Below, piece after piece: positions 49,918-59,623 of a DNA stretch of 64,000 nt. Each line of letters starts with the position of its first letter. Within the stretch, counting starts at the first letter, position 1. The notes under the pieces are model-generated. The model was not told the DNA's origin. It saw nothing but the letters and a program-made list of their open reading frames with translations, and made no database searches. The stretch covers positions 1 through 64,000 of the forward strand of contig JBEKES010000001.1 in NCBI GenBank assembly GCA_050013715.1. The letters run 5' to 3'. A program made the position numbers and the translations under genes. This DNA comes from Candidatus Micrarchaeaceae archaeon. GTDB lineage: Archaea; Micrarchaeota; Micrarchaeia; Micrarchaeales; Micrarchaeaceae.

Positions 49918-50697
49918 ATGGAAACAAAATTGTTATCAAAAATGAGCGACAAAGAAATCAAAATAATAAAAATGGTTGTTTTTGATGTTGATGGAGTAAT
50001 AATACCGAAAGGCAGCAACCTACATGAAAGTAATGATGGCACTCAGTTGTCTATGAAAACACACAGTTTGTCTCCTGAATTTGTGAAGAATATTAAAATA
50101 TTGAAAAAATCTGTTAAAGTTGCATTTTCTTCAGGAAGAAACCTTCTTTATATGAGAACATTAGTTAAGGACATTTTTGATAAGAATGTAATAATACAAA
50201 CAGAAAATGGCGCAGTTACTTTTATGGATGGCAGAATAATTCATGAAAATTATCCTAACGAATATTTCATGTCACTCTACAATATAAGAAATGATGTAAT
50301 TAAGAATAGTAAAAAGGTTCATCTTATGGGTTTTGAACCAAAACTATTCAACCTTGCAATTCATACTATAATAGAAAAACCATTCGTGTGTGACATAGTA
50401 AAAAGAAACGATCCAAAGGATATGCTTTATTGCATTTGGACTGGCGAGGCGTACGATGTGGGATTAAAAGGAGTTACTAAAGGTTCTTCCCTTAAGAAAC
50501 TATCTAAAAAATTAGGATTAAAAAGAAACGAAATTATTACTACAGGAAATGCGCTCAATGACAAAGAAATGCTTGAGTTTGGTGTTGGAGTAACAGTTGA
50601 GCCTAAAGTTGTTTGGGGCAAATACAAAACAAGTGGTAAAGGGTTAGGAGGAGAAGAGCTTGCTGCCTTCCTAGTAAAAAAATTATGTAAAAAGTAA
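49918..50697 (+). CDS. HAD hydrolase, subfamily IIB (Cof/phosphomannomutase-like)
   Basis: FDVDG, SSGR, ENGA, TKG and GNALNDKEM. Confidence 0.85.
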   Translation: METKLLSKMSDKEIKIIKMVVFDVDGVIIPKGSNLHESNDGTQLSMKTHSLSPEFVKNIKILKKSVKVAFSSGRNLLYMRTLVKDIFDKNVIIQTENGAVTFMDGRIIHENYPNEYFMSLYNIRNDVIKNSKKVHLMGFEPKLFNLAIHTIIEKPFVCDIVKRNDPKDMLYCIWTGEAYDVGLKGVTKGSSLKKLSKKLGLKRNEIITTGNALNDKEMLEFGVGVTVEPKVVWGKYKTSGKGLGGEELAAFLVKKLCKK

Positions 50698-50931
50698 TTA
50701 TAGTTTAGTTGCTTCAATTACCTGCAGGTCCCTTAGTATTGAATTTGCAGATGCACGAAGCGCAGTTGCATCTTTTGCACTTATTTCTATGAATAGTGTG
50801 CCCTTTATCTCCTTCAATTTTATGTTGCTTCTTTTATGCTCTGTTTTAATGCTCAATATTTTCGAGTATTCTAGAGCCTTCTCTTTGTTTATAATTAGTT
50901 TAAGTTGAAACTTCTCTCCTTGCTTGGGCAT
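50698..50931 (-). CDS. pcc1: KEOPS complex subunit Pcc1
   Basis: RS.I......L.IEISAKDATALRASANSILR. Confidence 0.85.
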   Translation of the reverse strand: MPKQGEKFQLKLIINKEKALEYSKILSIKTEHKRSNIKLKEIKGTLFIEISAKDATALRASANSILRDLQVIEATKL

Positions 50932-50935
50932 TGGA

Positions 50936-51757
50936 TCATTGGCTTGTGCCTTCTGGCGTTGCGACCTTCTTGTTTATGAGCACTTCCACTTCTTCCCTGT
51001 TCATTCTGTTTAGTCCTTTCCCGCAGTTGTTGCATTTAAATGAATTTTCAAACGCAGAATCGAACGTAAATAAGAACTTGTCTGTTTTGTAGCATGCATC
51101 ACAAAGGAAATAATCGTCGCACTTTTCGTTTATTATTGATTTTTCCCTTTCCATTCCATCTACATATTCAAGGAAAGGAGTTAACTTACTTGTATTGATA
51201 TACCATGCAAATGAAAGCCAGCCTTTTGTGTTCTTTGAAATGTAATAATTAGTAATTCCATAACCCTGCATTATGTTCAATATACGCCTTATGGCGTTTA
51301 TCTTCATGCCTAATTGCTCTGCAAGGTATTCATCTGTTTTCGGTGTTGAAAGCATGTCAACAACGTCAACAGCTAATTTGCTCACGTTCTTCTTGAGGTA
51401 TTCAACAGCTCTTTCGTTTGATAGCAAGCTGGTTATTGCAACCTTCGCCTCTTCCGGCTGAGGTATGCTTATGTTTGTTTTCTTCCTAAGATTTGCCTCC
51501 TTCTCCTTGAGCTTTGCGCTGTCCAGCATTTTTATCTTCTGCTCGTTTTGATATAATGTGTTTTTCGGACTTGCTGGTTTTGTTGCAGGTATTATTGCCT
51601 TCTTTTGAACACTAGGTTTTGATTTTACCACTTTCTTTATTGCGATTTTCTTTGCCTTTGCCACAGCCTTATGCATTACTTTGACAGGTGCCTTCTTGGC
51701 ACTGGCCTTTTTTGCGTTAGACATCTTAAAGTTCTTAGTTTTTTTAGTTTTAGTCAT
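50936..51757 (-). CDS. tfe: transcription factor E alpha with Lys/Ala-rich N-terminal extension
   Basis: TDEYLAEQLGMKINAIRRIL, GW..F.W, C..C...TFDSAFENSFKC..CG. Confidence 0.88.
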   Translation of the reverse strand: MTKTKKTKNFKMSNAKKASAKKAPVKVMHKAVAKAKKIAIKKVVKSKPSVQKKAIIPATKPASPKNTLYQNEQKIKMLDSAKLKEKEANLRKKTNISIPQPEEAKVAITSLLSNERAVEYLKKNVSKLAVDVVDMLSTPKTDEYLAEQLGMKINAIRRILNIMQGYGITNYYISKNTKGWLSFAWYINTSKLTPFLEYVDGMEREKSIINEKCDDYFLCDACYKTDKFLFTFDSAFENSFKCNNCGKGLNRMNREEVEVLINKKVATPEGTSQ

Positions 51758-51872
51758 AGGACACACCAACAGGAACGCTCGTCGTTATGGTAGATAATAT
51801 TACGCATTTGAAGTATATATAGGTTATGCTTTTGCACAAATTTCCCGCTTTTGTTTGGGATTATGGTACGCT

Positions 51873-52436
51873 TTAGGTATTCATGTACTTGTTTTTGCTC
51901 GGCCTGAATTTGTGCGAGCCGTATCTTTTCCTGGATATTCCCCTGTGCTTTCTTCCTGCAGAAGTCAATCCACGGAATGCGCGTCCCCTTTGCTTTACTA
52001 CGTTTTTATAATCTGAATTAATTATTGTGGGATTGTCCCTTTCCAGTAATATCACTTCGTAAAACTTTTTCGATCCTGCTGCGCCTACAAAATAGGAGTT
52101 CAGCACTTCAAAATTCGAGAATTTTCTTGAGGCCCTTTCCTCTGCTATTTTCTGCAGTGATTTTACCATTGTGAAGTACCTTCCGCTTTTCGAGGGTTTT
52201 CTTCCTCCTGCGTTCTTCTTCCTCTTCTTTGATCCGCCATTGACTTTTACTCTTGCCACTATTACACCTTCCTTTGCCTTGTATCCTAATTCCCTTGCCC
52301 TGGCAATATTGGTTGGCTTTTCCACACGAGTAATCGTTGATTCTGTGTTCCATTTTATTATGCGGGCCTTGTATATATCGGATCTGCCTTTGTATTCGGA
52401 TATAAACGTTTGCTTCATTTGCTTGTACATGCTCAT
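51873..52436 (-). CDS. rpl15e: 50S ribosomal protein eL15
   Basis: ARELGYKAK.G, IAEERA, EVLNSY and RAFRGLTSAG. Confidence 0.96.
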   Translation of the reverse strand: MSMYKQMKQTFISEYKGRSDIYKARIIKWNTESTITRVEKPTNIARARELGYKAKEGVIVARVKVNGGSKKRKKNAGGRKPSKSGRYFTMVKSLQKIAEERASRKFSNFEVLNSYFVGAAGSKKFYEVILLERDNPTIINSDYKNVVKQRGRAFRGLTSAGRKHRGISRKRYGSHKFRPSKNKYMNT

Positions 52437-52529
52437 TGACTATCAACTCCGCTAGACATTATTGTAATGAATAATATTAACACCTTCAAATTTATAAGAG
52501 TATAGGGTAATATTTGTGGCACAAAGAGA

Positions 52530-53237
52530 TCATCTGGACTTGAGGAACGCATCTGCTTCGTTTATGTCCTTTTGATTATTGACGCTTACCCAGGTTTCCT
52601 TGTCGTTGAGTATGTCGCCGATTATCCTGCCGTTGTTCTGCTTTGCAAGACTAGTAAACAGTTTGTCTTCTATTGAGCCAGTTTCAGGTATCAGGTCTAT
52701 GACATCCTTGTTGAATGCATAAACACCCATGCTTACGGGAGTTGTCCAAAGTTTTTCGCCGTATTTGAATTCATTGACATTGCCGTTCTCGTCAGTTTTC
52801 ACCACGCTGAATCTGCAGTAGAATGGCGACAGTGCCATGGTTATGAGCGGCTTTTGGGATTCATGCTTTGCCATAAGCCTTGAGAGATCCATGTCCGTAA
52901 GCTCATCGGCATTCATACCGATAAAATTATCATCGTGAACGTTGCCCCCTATGGCGCACTTGAAGGCATGTGCTGTTCCTCCTTTCACTATTCTGTCTTC
53001 GCTGAAATCCACGCTTAGGCCGAAATTATTGTTTTCTTCCATGTACTCGATTATCTTTTCCTTCTTGTAGCCAACACCAAGAACTATATGCTCGATGTTG
53101 TATTTTTTTAGCCAGTCTATTATCCAGTACAGTATCGGCTTTCCGTTAACATTTATCATTGTTTTCGGCTTGTCGTCAGTAAGGGGCTTTAGTCTTGTGG
53201 ATTCGCCTCCCGCTATTATTATCGCTGTTTTAATCAT
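52530..53237 (-). CDS. NDP-sugar pyrophosphorylase family nucleotidyltransferase
   Basis: AIIIAGGESTRLKPLT..KPK.M. Confidence 0.88.
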   Translation of the reverse strand: MIKTAIIIAGGESTRLKPLTDDKPKTMINVNGKPILYWIIDWLKKYNIEHIVLGVGYKKEKIIEYMEENNNFGLSVDFSEDRIVKGGTAHAFKCAIGGNVHDDNFIGMNADELTDMDLSRLMAKHESQKPLITMALSPFYCRFSVVKTDENGNVNEFKYGEKLWTTPVSMGVYAFNKDVIDLIPETGSIEDKLFTSLAKQNNGRIIGDILNDKETWVSVNNQKDINEADAFLKSR

Positions 53238-53334
53238 ATTTACTGTTTTGTTAGTTTATAATATATTAATTGTGTTTGCGACAAAATCGTTTCTTTAGAC
53301 AGGGAAGCAAATGCAATACACTCTTTTCTACTCG

Positions 53335-53532
53335 TTATTTTACGTTTTCCTTTATATAATAGGCTATTACGCTTGTCACCCAGGCAATTACCAACCCTAC
53401 TCCAACTCCCCTAAAGTATATGTTGCCGGTAAGATATCCGATCAAAATGAATATCACACTCAAAACTAACTCAAATAATATGAGCGTTGTATCTAAATGA
53501 TGTTCTAAAAGATTTTTCCTCCATTTCTCCAT
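53335..53532 (-). CDS. small two-TM membrane protein
   Basis: hydrophobic 65-aa ORF with GGTGG RBS. Confidence 0.55.
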   Translation of the reverse strand: MEKWRKNLLEHHLDTTLILFELVLSVIFILIGYLTGNIYFRGVGVGLVIAWVTSVIAYYIKENVK

Positions 53533-53672
53533 ATTTCCACCTTTTATAGTAATGATATACCTCTACTTAAATATCTGTCCTTTGGTGATATATTTTTACG
53601 ATTTTATAGGTTATTTTATATGTGGGTTTATCAGGAAACTTAAAATAGAGGTTGCTTCTTAATATTACACAT

Positions 53673-53747
53673 AGCGAGGTAGGGTAGTCTGGAGTGCCCG
53701 CCGGGCTCATAACCCGGAGATCGATGGTTCAAATCCATTCCTCGCTA
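53673..53747 (+). tRNA. trnM: initiator tRNA-Met(CAU)
   Basis: A1-U72 acceptor AGCGAGG/CCTCGCT, GGG/CCC anticodon stem, CAT anticodon. Confidence 0.93.
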
Positions 53748-53874
53748 TTTTGACCATGCAGTTCCACTAATCAAAAAGAAACAAAAACAAAGTAAACAAT
53801 AATATTAAATTGGTTGAAATAATAACATAATATATATAAGGAAGGCGATTACCGGAACTGCGGGGTGTAGTATA

Positions 53875-54366
53875 ATGGATGAAAATATCACTTATGATTA
53901 TTTATGGCAGGCATACCAGAAGGAGAAGCAAACAAATCAATTACTACTAATACCTAAAACATTTTATGAAGATATATTCAAATTTGTAAACAATGTTCAA
54001 ACAAACACAAACTTCAACCAAACAACAAAAGACAACACAATAATGCTTGTAAATGATTTTTTCGAAAAAAGGAAGCAGAAGATACTGATATACATAGCAT
54101 ACAACAAGCAACTTCCCCAACCCATAAGCAACAACGAACTAGAATTTTACAACAAACTACTTCAGATTGTCAAAGAGGAAAAGCTAGATTTTGCAGTACA
54201 AACAAAAACAAACACAAATTCACTGAAATCAACAAAAGACATTCCAGAGATAATACTACCTTCTGGAAATAAGATAGGACCTCTTGCAAAGAACCAGATA
54301 ATAGAAATAGAAAATCAACAGGACAAGTCATATTTGCTGGAAAACACAATATGTGAAATTTATTAA
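53875..54366 (+). CDS. gins: DNA replication factor GINS (Gins51/15)
   Basis: E.....L..IPKTFY, KRKQKI, B-domain DIPEII...IGP; upstream of L44e as in the conserved archaeal cluster. Confidence 0.75.
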   Translation: MDENITYDYLWQAYQKEKQTNQLLLIPKTFYEDIFKFVNNVQTNTNFNQTTKDNTIMLVNDFFEKRKQKILIYIAYNKQLPQPISNNELEFYNKLLQIVKEEKLDFAVQTKTNTNSLKSTKDIPEIILPSGNKIGPLAKNQIIEIENQQDKSYLLENTICEIY

Positions 54367-54376
54367 AGTGAAGAAA

Positions 54377-54661
54377 ATGAAAATCCCAAAAAACATAATG
54401 GTTTATTGCCCAAAGTGCAAAAAACACACAACACACACGGTGAAAATGCCGTCCAAAGGGCCACAGCGCGAACTTAGCAAAGCAACCAGAAGGCACAACC
54501 GCGCCATAAGAGGTTATGTTGGTAGCGTAGAACCCAAGATACACACCAAGAAACTTGGCAAAAGGCAGAGAATCCTGTTGGAATGCAAAGAATGCAAGTA
54601 TGTAATAGGAAGAACCATGGGCAACAGGACAAAGAAGAAAATAGAAATAAAGCAGCAATAA
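54377..54661 (+). CDS. rpl44e: 50S ribosomal protein eL42 (L44e)
   Basis: MKIPK...YCPKCKKHTTH...LECKECK. Confidence 0.93.
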   Translation: MKIPKNIMVYCPKCKKHTTHTVKMPSKGPQRELSKATRRHNRAIRGYVGSVEPKIHTKKLGKRQRILLECKECKYVIGRTMGNRTKKKIEIKQQ

Positions 54662-54679
54662 GCTGCTTGGTAAATTTTT

Positions 54680-55480
54680 ATGGAACAACAAAACGTGCCG
54701 AAAGTAGGGGAAATAGTAATAGCCAATATATCTAAGATAAGCAAATTCGGTGCATACTGCAGATTGCCAGAATACAACGACCTGGAAGTGTTTCTGCCAG
54801 TTAGGGAAGTCTCTTCAGGATGGATAAAAAACATAAGAGAGAAAATACATGAAGGGCAGAAGCTTGTTTGCACTGTAATATTTTACGACAAGGAAAAAGG
54901 CGCGATAGACGTTTCACTGAAAAGAGTATCTCCAAACGTCTCAAAGGAAAAGATAAGGGTATATAATCTTGAGAAAAGACTTTCCGCTATTTTCCTTCAA
55001 TCCCTCAAAATGGCAAAGGAGCAGCCTAACAAAGAGGAATTGATAAAAACAGCATTGCAGGAATTCGGCACATACACTAATCTGATAGAAAATGCAACAA
55101 CCGATACAAAAGAATTTACTCAATCGAAGCTGCCCAAAAAACTCAAAGAGGCAATAATGAAGGTGCTTGAAGCAAACAAGAAGCAGAAGCGTCATATTGT
55201 CTCATACATTGCAACTCTTTATACCTACAATACGCTTTCCGGCGCAACAGAATTAAGGGGCATAATAACTGCGATAAAGGAAATGGGTGTAGATGTGAAT
55301 TATATAGGTGCACCAAAATACAGGCTCATATCCGAGGGTGCCGATTATTCAATTGCTGAAGACAAGATAAACAAAGTAAAGGAATTGATAAAGGAAAAAT
55401 TGAAGAAAGGCGTTTTCGAAATAGAAAAAGAGAAGAGAAGAAAGGAGAAAGAAGATATAATGGCGACAATAAGTGTTTAA
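54680..55480 (+). CDS. eif2a: translation initiation factor aIF2 alpha
   Basis: S1 domain FGAYC.L.EY, EVSSGWIKNIRE, IDVSLKRV and YIGAPKYR. Confidence 0.95.
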   Translation: MEQQNVPKVGEIVIANISKISKFGAYCRLPEYNDLEVFLPVREVSSGWIKNIREKIHEGQKLVCTVIFYDKEKGAIDVSLKRVSPNVSKEKIRVYNLEKRLSAIFLQSLKMAKEQPNKEELIKTALQEFGTYTNLIENATTDTKEFTQSKLPKKLKEAIMKVLEANKKQKRHIVSYIATLYTYNTLSGATELRGIITAIKEMGVDVNYIGAPKYRLISEGADYSIAEDKINKVKELIKEKLKKGVFEIEKEKRRKEKEDIMATISV

Positions 55481-55481
55481 A

Positions 55482-56285
55482 ATGATAACTAAAACTGTAA
55501 TAAAAAGGAAAAAAGGAATAAAGGCAAACAAGTCAATACTCGTGGTTGGCCTTCCTGGAATAGGAAACGTAGGGAAGCTCATTGCAGAGCATCTTAAAAA
55601 GGAATTGAATGCAGAAAAAATAGCAACGCTTTACTCTCCTCATTTTCCACATCAGGTAATAATGCTAAAGAACGGGAAGATACGCCTTGTGAACAACAGA
55701 TTCTATATTATAAAAGCAAAGAAGCCGAATACCAATGACATAATATTATTGACGGGGGACGCGCAGGCGCTTTCATCTGAAGGGCAATATGAAGTTAATG
55801 CAAAGATAGTCGATTTCTTCAAGCAGGAACTTGACGGGCAATTCATATACACAATAGGTGGATACAACATCGGCGAAAATATGGCAACCAAGCCTAGGGT
55901 TTTTGCCAATGCGACAAGCAGTGAAGTGATAAAGCAGTTCAAGGGCAGCGATGTTATATTCGGAAAGTCAAAAGGAGTTATCTTCGGTTCAGCTGGTCTT
56001 ATAATCGCTTTTGCGAAGATGCAGAAAATAGACGGAGTTTGTCTAATGGGCGAAACAGGATTTCTTGAAGTCGATGCAAGCGCAGCAAAGGCTGTATTGC
56101 TCCAATTGTCAAAAAGACTTAACATCAAAACAAACACAACAAACCTTGACAAGATAATAGAGAAAACAGCAAAAGCAGTGAAGGAATTAGAAGCCCAGAT
56201 GGGTGGCAGCATGGGCCAGCCGATGCCCTACCCTATTGGCGGAAAAGCAGAAAAGGACGCGCCGCACCCTTCCTATATAAGATAA
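55482..56285 (+). CDS. PAC2 family proteasome assembly chaperone
   Basis: GLPGIGNVGK, YSPHFP.QV, TIGGY and CLMGET. Confidence 0.9.
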   Translation: MITKTVIKRKKGIKANKSILVVGLPGIGNVGKLIAEHLKKELNAEKIATLYSPHFPHQVIMLKNGKIRLVNNRFYIIKAKKPNTNDIILLTGDAQALSSEGQYEVNAKIVDFFKQELDGQFIYTIGGYNIGENMATKPRVFANATSSEVIKQFKGSDVIFGKSKGVIFGSAGLIIAFAKMQKIDGVCLMGETGFLEVDASAAKAVLLQLSKRLNIKTNTTNLDKIIEKTAKAVKELEAQMGGSMGQPMPYPIGGKAEKDAPHPSYIR

Positions 56286-56430
56286 TTATCTAGTGGCGGT
56301 ATGGTATTATAGTATAATATGGCAAAACATACGATCTATAATTAATTATGGTGCTAATCGGACGTCTGATCTGTGATATCTCAATTGAACCCGTAGTAAA
56401 TATTATAAGTTTATAATCACCAAATTACTC

Positions 56431-57210
56431 ATGCATAGATTAACCTCTGAAGATAAGAAGATAATCATCGAACCATATAAATCTGGAAATAGTCTTGCAA
56501 AAATATCTAAATTAATCGGCAGAAGGAAAACTGTTATATATTATCATACAAGGAAACAGTTCGGCAGGAAATATAAACTAATAAAATTTAGAATTTCCTC
56601 ATTTGAAGATTTAGGCGAGTTTTTAGGTGCATTTATAGGTGACGGTAACTTCTATCAAGAAAAAGACTTTAAATATAATATAAATTTTTATTTATCTATA
56701 CACGAAACAAAGCATGCAAAGCACTTATCAAAGGTTATAAAAAGACTTTTCAGTAAAGAACCTAACCTATGGGTTTACACAAAAGGTAACATCATTCGGT
56801 TAAAAATAATGGGGAAACAAGTATATATTAAACTAAAAGAGTATCTTGACTGGTCGAACGAAAAATATTATACAATTCATCTTAAATCCAATCTATTAAA
56901 ACATCCCAACTATGATCTTCTTAAAGGAATCATTAAAGGTGAATTAGCCACAGACGGATCTGTTTATGTACCAAAAAATAGAATAGTATTAGGTACCTGC
57001 TCAAAATTGCTTAGCGAGCAAAACAGAAGGATTTTGGAAATGTTTGAAATAAATCCATACACATATCCTGTATTCTCAAGCAAAAATAAACCATTTTATC
57101 ACATGCACATAACAGGAATAGATAACGTCTCTAACTTCTATGAACGAATAGGTGTCACAGAACCATTACGTAAATCTAAGATAAAGTTAATATTAAAAAA
57201 GCGTCAGTGA
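56431..57210 (+). mobile_element. free-standing double-motif LAGLIDADG homing endonuclease with N-terminal HTH
   Basis: LGEFLGAFIGDG and IIKGELATDGSV motifs; SLAKISKLIGRRKTVIYYH HTH; AT-rich; stop codon inside tRNA-Gly. Confidence 0.85.
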
Positions 57211-57288
57211 TCCAATCTGGTTAAGATTCCAGCTTCCCATTTTTTAAGGAAAAAGCTGGTCATCCGGGTTCAAATCCCGGCTGACGCA
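57201..57288 (+). tRNA. trnG: tRNA-Gly(CCC) with 14-nt intron at 37/38 (57240-57253)
   Basis: GCGTCAG/CTGACGC acceptor, CCAGC/GCTGG stem, TT-CCC-A|A loop, BHB helix TTCC/GGAA. Confidence 0.88.
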
Positions 57289-57408
57289 TCTAAATATTCT
57301 AAATTTATCTTTTTAATCACTGATCTGTTTTTAATTGTACTATTTCTACAAGACCTAAACAAACAAAAGGTCTAAATATTAGGCAATAAAAAATAATTAT
57401 GTGATAAA

Positions 57409-57693
57409 TTGACAGTAAAGATAATGATTAGCGGTGCAATAAGCAAGGAACTGCCTCTTCCGGAATGTCTATCTAGGCAAGAATCACTTAATTTACTTAG
57501 GGACATGCACAGAGGAGAAAGTTATACCCTTAAAGAGCTGGAAGAGACCATAGGCAAGTTATCCCTGCGTGTAGAGGAAATGCACAGAACCCCAAAAAAT
57601 CACAACACACAAAGAAATTATATTATTAAAATGCGCTCAGTTATAAGGGACATGACTCTTGGAAAAATAAGAATTTATATGGAAAAAAAGTGA
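57409..57693 (+). CDS. hypothetical protein
   Basis: GTGATAAA-TTG start. Confidence 0.45.
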   Translation: MTVKIMISGAISKELPLPECLSRQESLNLLRDMHRGESYTLKELEETIGKLSLRVEEMHRTPKNHNTQRNYIIKMRSVIRDMTLGKIRIYMEKK

Positions 57694-57715
57694 AATGTGC
57701 TCTTAAAATGCTAAA

Positions 57716-58609
57716 TTAAAAATCATAATTGCACAGGCAGAATTTCGATCTTATCTTCAGATTCGGGTTATTGTCAAACACCCACCCAGGATTTGAGTAT
57801 TCGCTATCGAAAAGATGATCCGATACCTGAGCAATCTCATCGTGCTGCCTATCGCTCATATTTAAAATTTCATTGGTATTCAATATTCTGTTCAGCATCG
57901 CATTCATAAATTCTATTTTATACTCGTTTAGGTCGACTTTCTTCGCCTTTGCGACTTGGCTGATGTTAGGAAGATGCCCCAATGCTTCATAATCTTCATC
58001 GCATATTCTAAGAACGCTTCTTATCTTGTCCGGGTCCCATTTGCCTATGGCGACAACACCCTGGTATAAAAATGCATAATGCTTTTCGTCCTTTTCTATG
58101 TCCCATCCGTGCGTATTCTGAGCATGCGCTGCAACTGGCCCATCGTTTAATCTTATGCTGTTGTGTTTTCCTAGTTCTACTATGTTGTCATTCATTACAA
58201 TTCCCTTTATTGCATCTGCAACTATCGGGCCTAAATTATTGTGGACAAAGCCCTTGAAGTCAAAACCAAAAGAATCACTTGAGGAAAACCTGCCACTAAT
58301 GCTGTAAGAAAATGTGCTGATATCATCCAGATAAATCGGATCCCCTCCGCTTTTCCTTCTTGAGACTCCAACATCGCTGAGATTTTCCCTGTTTATGCTG
58401 TCCGGATGATCGAATCTCGCAAGTATGATTGACGGCCTGTCAAAATCGTAAAATCGCAGGAAGAATTGGCCGGTTTCAATGGAATTAAGAAAGAGGGCAT
58501 CATCTATTGCCATATTTCTTGCAGCATCATGTCTCCCATAACCGAAAAATATTACTTTATTGCTTCCTAGCAAGGAAAGTTCTTTGCTTCTTGCTGTTTC
58601 TTTCATCAT
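57716..58609 (-). CDS. lipoate-protein ligase family protein (divergent)
   Basis: NMAIDDAL, LRFY, RRKSGG..Y.D. Confidence 0.75.
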   Translation of the reverse strand: MMKETARSKELSLLGSNKVIFFGYGRHDAARNMAIDDALFLNSIETGQFFLRFYDFDRPSIILARFDHPDSINRENLSDVGVSRRKSGGDPIYLDDISTFSYSISGRFSSSDSFGFDFKGFVHNNLGPIVADAIKGIVMNDNIVELGKHNSIRLNDGPVAAHAQNTHGWDIEKDEKHYAFLYQGVVAIGKWDPDKIRSVLRICDEDYEALGHLPNISQVAKAKKVDLNEYKIEFMNAMLNRILNTNEILNMSDRQHDEIAQVSDHLFDSEYSNPGWVFDNNPNLKIRSKFCLCNYDF

Positions 58610-58616
58610 TTGACCA

Positions 58617-59324
58617 TCAAATAATCATAAAGATCAATATCGCGACAAGTGCGCCCGCAATGCCGCATATGAAATTGGACGTGTATTTGTTTCCAATGCC
58701 TTTTTCCTCATAATAGCCGAAAATTGAATCTACCAAACAGCCAATGAATCCTGCCATGCCTATTACAAGAATTGCCTTTGCTATGGTAAATCCGTAAATT
58801 CCTGCGAATGTGCCCAAAGGTGCTCTTACCACCAACACAAGCGCAGCTATTATGAAAGAACCTATCAATCCGGCAACAAGGCCCAGCCAGGTAATTGCTC
58901 CAGAGGTTCCTTTCTTGACTTTCCTGAAGCCTAGCAGCATTGTGGGCTGGCCGTCTAATATGCCTATTTCACTGCTGAACTTGTCTGAAGTAATTGCAGC
59001 AACGCTTGCCATGAAGCCTATGGCTGCAAGCAATGCATAGGTGCTGTTGTTGCTTATCATGAACAAATAGAATATAACTACCATTATAATTGGTGGCAAT
59101 CCGTTGGCCAAGACATTCTTGAATCCTCTGGACGATTGCCCAAGGTTGCGCTTCTTCTTGTAGTTCCATCCCATATATGTCACTATGGCCGACAGAACAA
59201 GGAACGCTATCATCAATCCAAGGAAGAAATAGCCAAGCATAAGCCCTAAAACTATGAATATGACACCGAAGACAAGCGCAAGCATTACTCCTTTCCAGTC
59301 CAAAGTTAAGAAATCCATATACAT
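58617..59324 (-). CDS. DUF92/TMEM19 family membrane protein
   Basis: R...NVLANG, SDKFSSEIG, GTSGAITWLG and DSIFG. Confidence 0.88.
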   Translation of the reverse strand: MYMDFLTLDWKGVMLALVFGVIFIVLGLMLGYFFLGLMIAFLVLSAIVTYMGWNYKKKRNLGQSSRGFKNVLANGLPPIIMVVIFYLFMISNNSTYALLAAIGFMASVAAITSDKFSSEIGILDGQPTMLLGFRKVKKGTSGAITWLGLVAGLIGSFIIAALVLVVRAPLGTFAGIYGFTIAKAILVIGMAGFIGCLVDSIFGYYEEKGIGNKYTSNFICGIAGALVAILIFMII

Positions 59325-59432
59325 TCCATTTTAGTGAAATTATTCCGCTATTTAGAAAGATTTTTAAACCTGCATTTCCTTACCATATTACGGGTTCTCT
59401 ACTGTAGGAAGGTCGTGAAAAACTGGTCGTCT

Positions 59433-59457
59433 TGCCAGCATGTATTCCATGCTGGCA
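59433..59457. promoter_or_regulatory. perfect 10-bp inverted repeat between divergent DUF92 and radA
   Basis: TGCCAGCATG-TATTC-CATGCTGGCA. Confidence 0.5.
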
Positions 59458-59623
59458 CTTCTTCTTTGTTATAAATCTTTCACTAATAGATAAACCTTAA
59501 GCTATTTATTAAAATACCCTAATTATTTAACTAGGGAACATTTAGTTTCTGCTTATGCATAGGCACTGAAAGCCCAATTTAAATACTTATTTGTTCATAA
59601 TTATAACGTAACAACTGATTTTT

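Noticed and set aside
56431..57210. LAGLIDADG as part of a tRNA or rRNA intron
   Set aside because: No 5' exon half upstream; the tRNA-Gly is complete downstream with only a 14-nt intron
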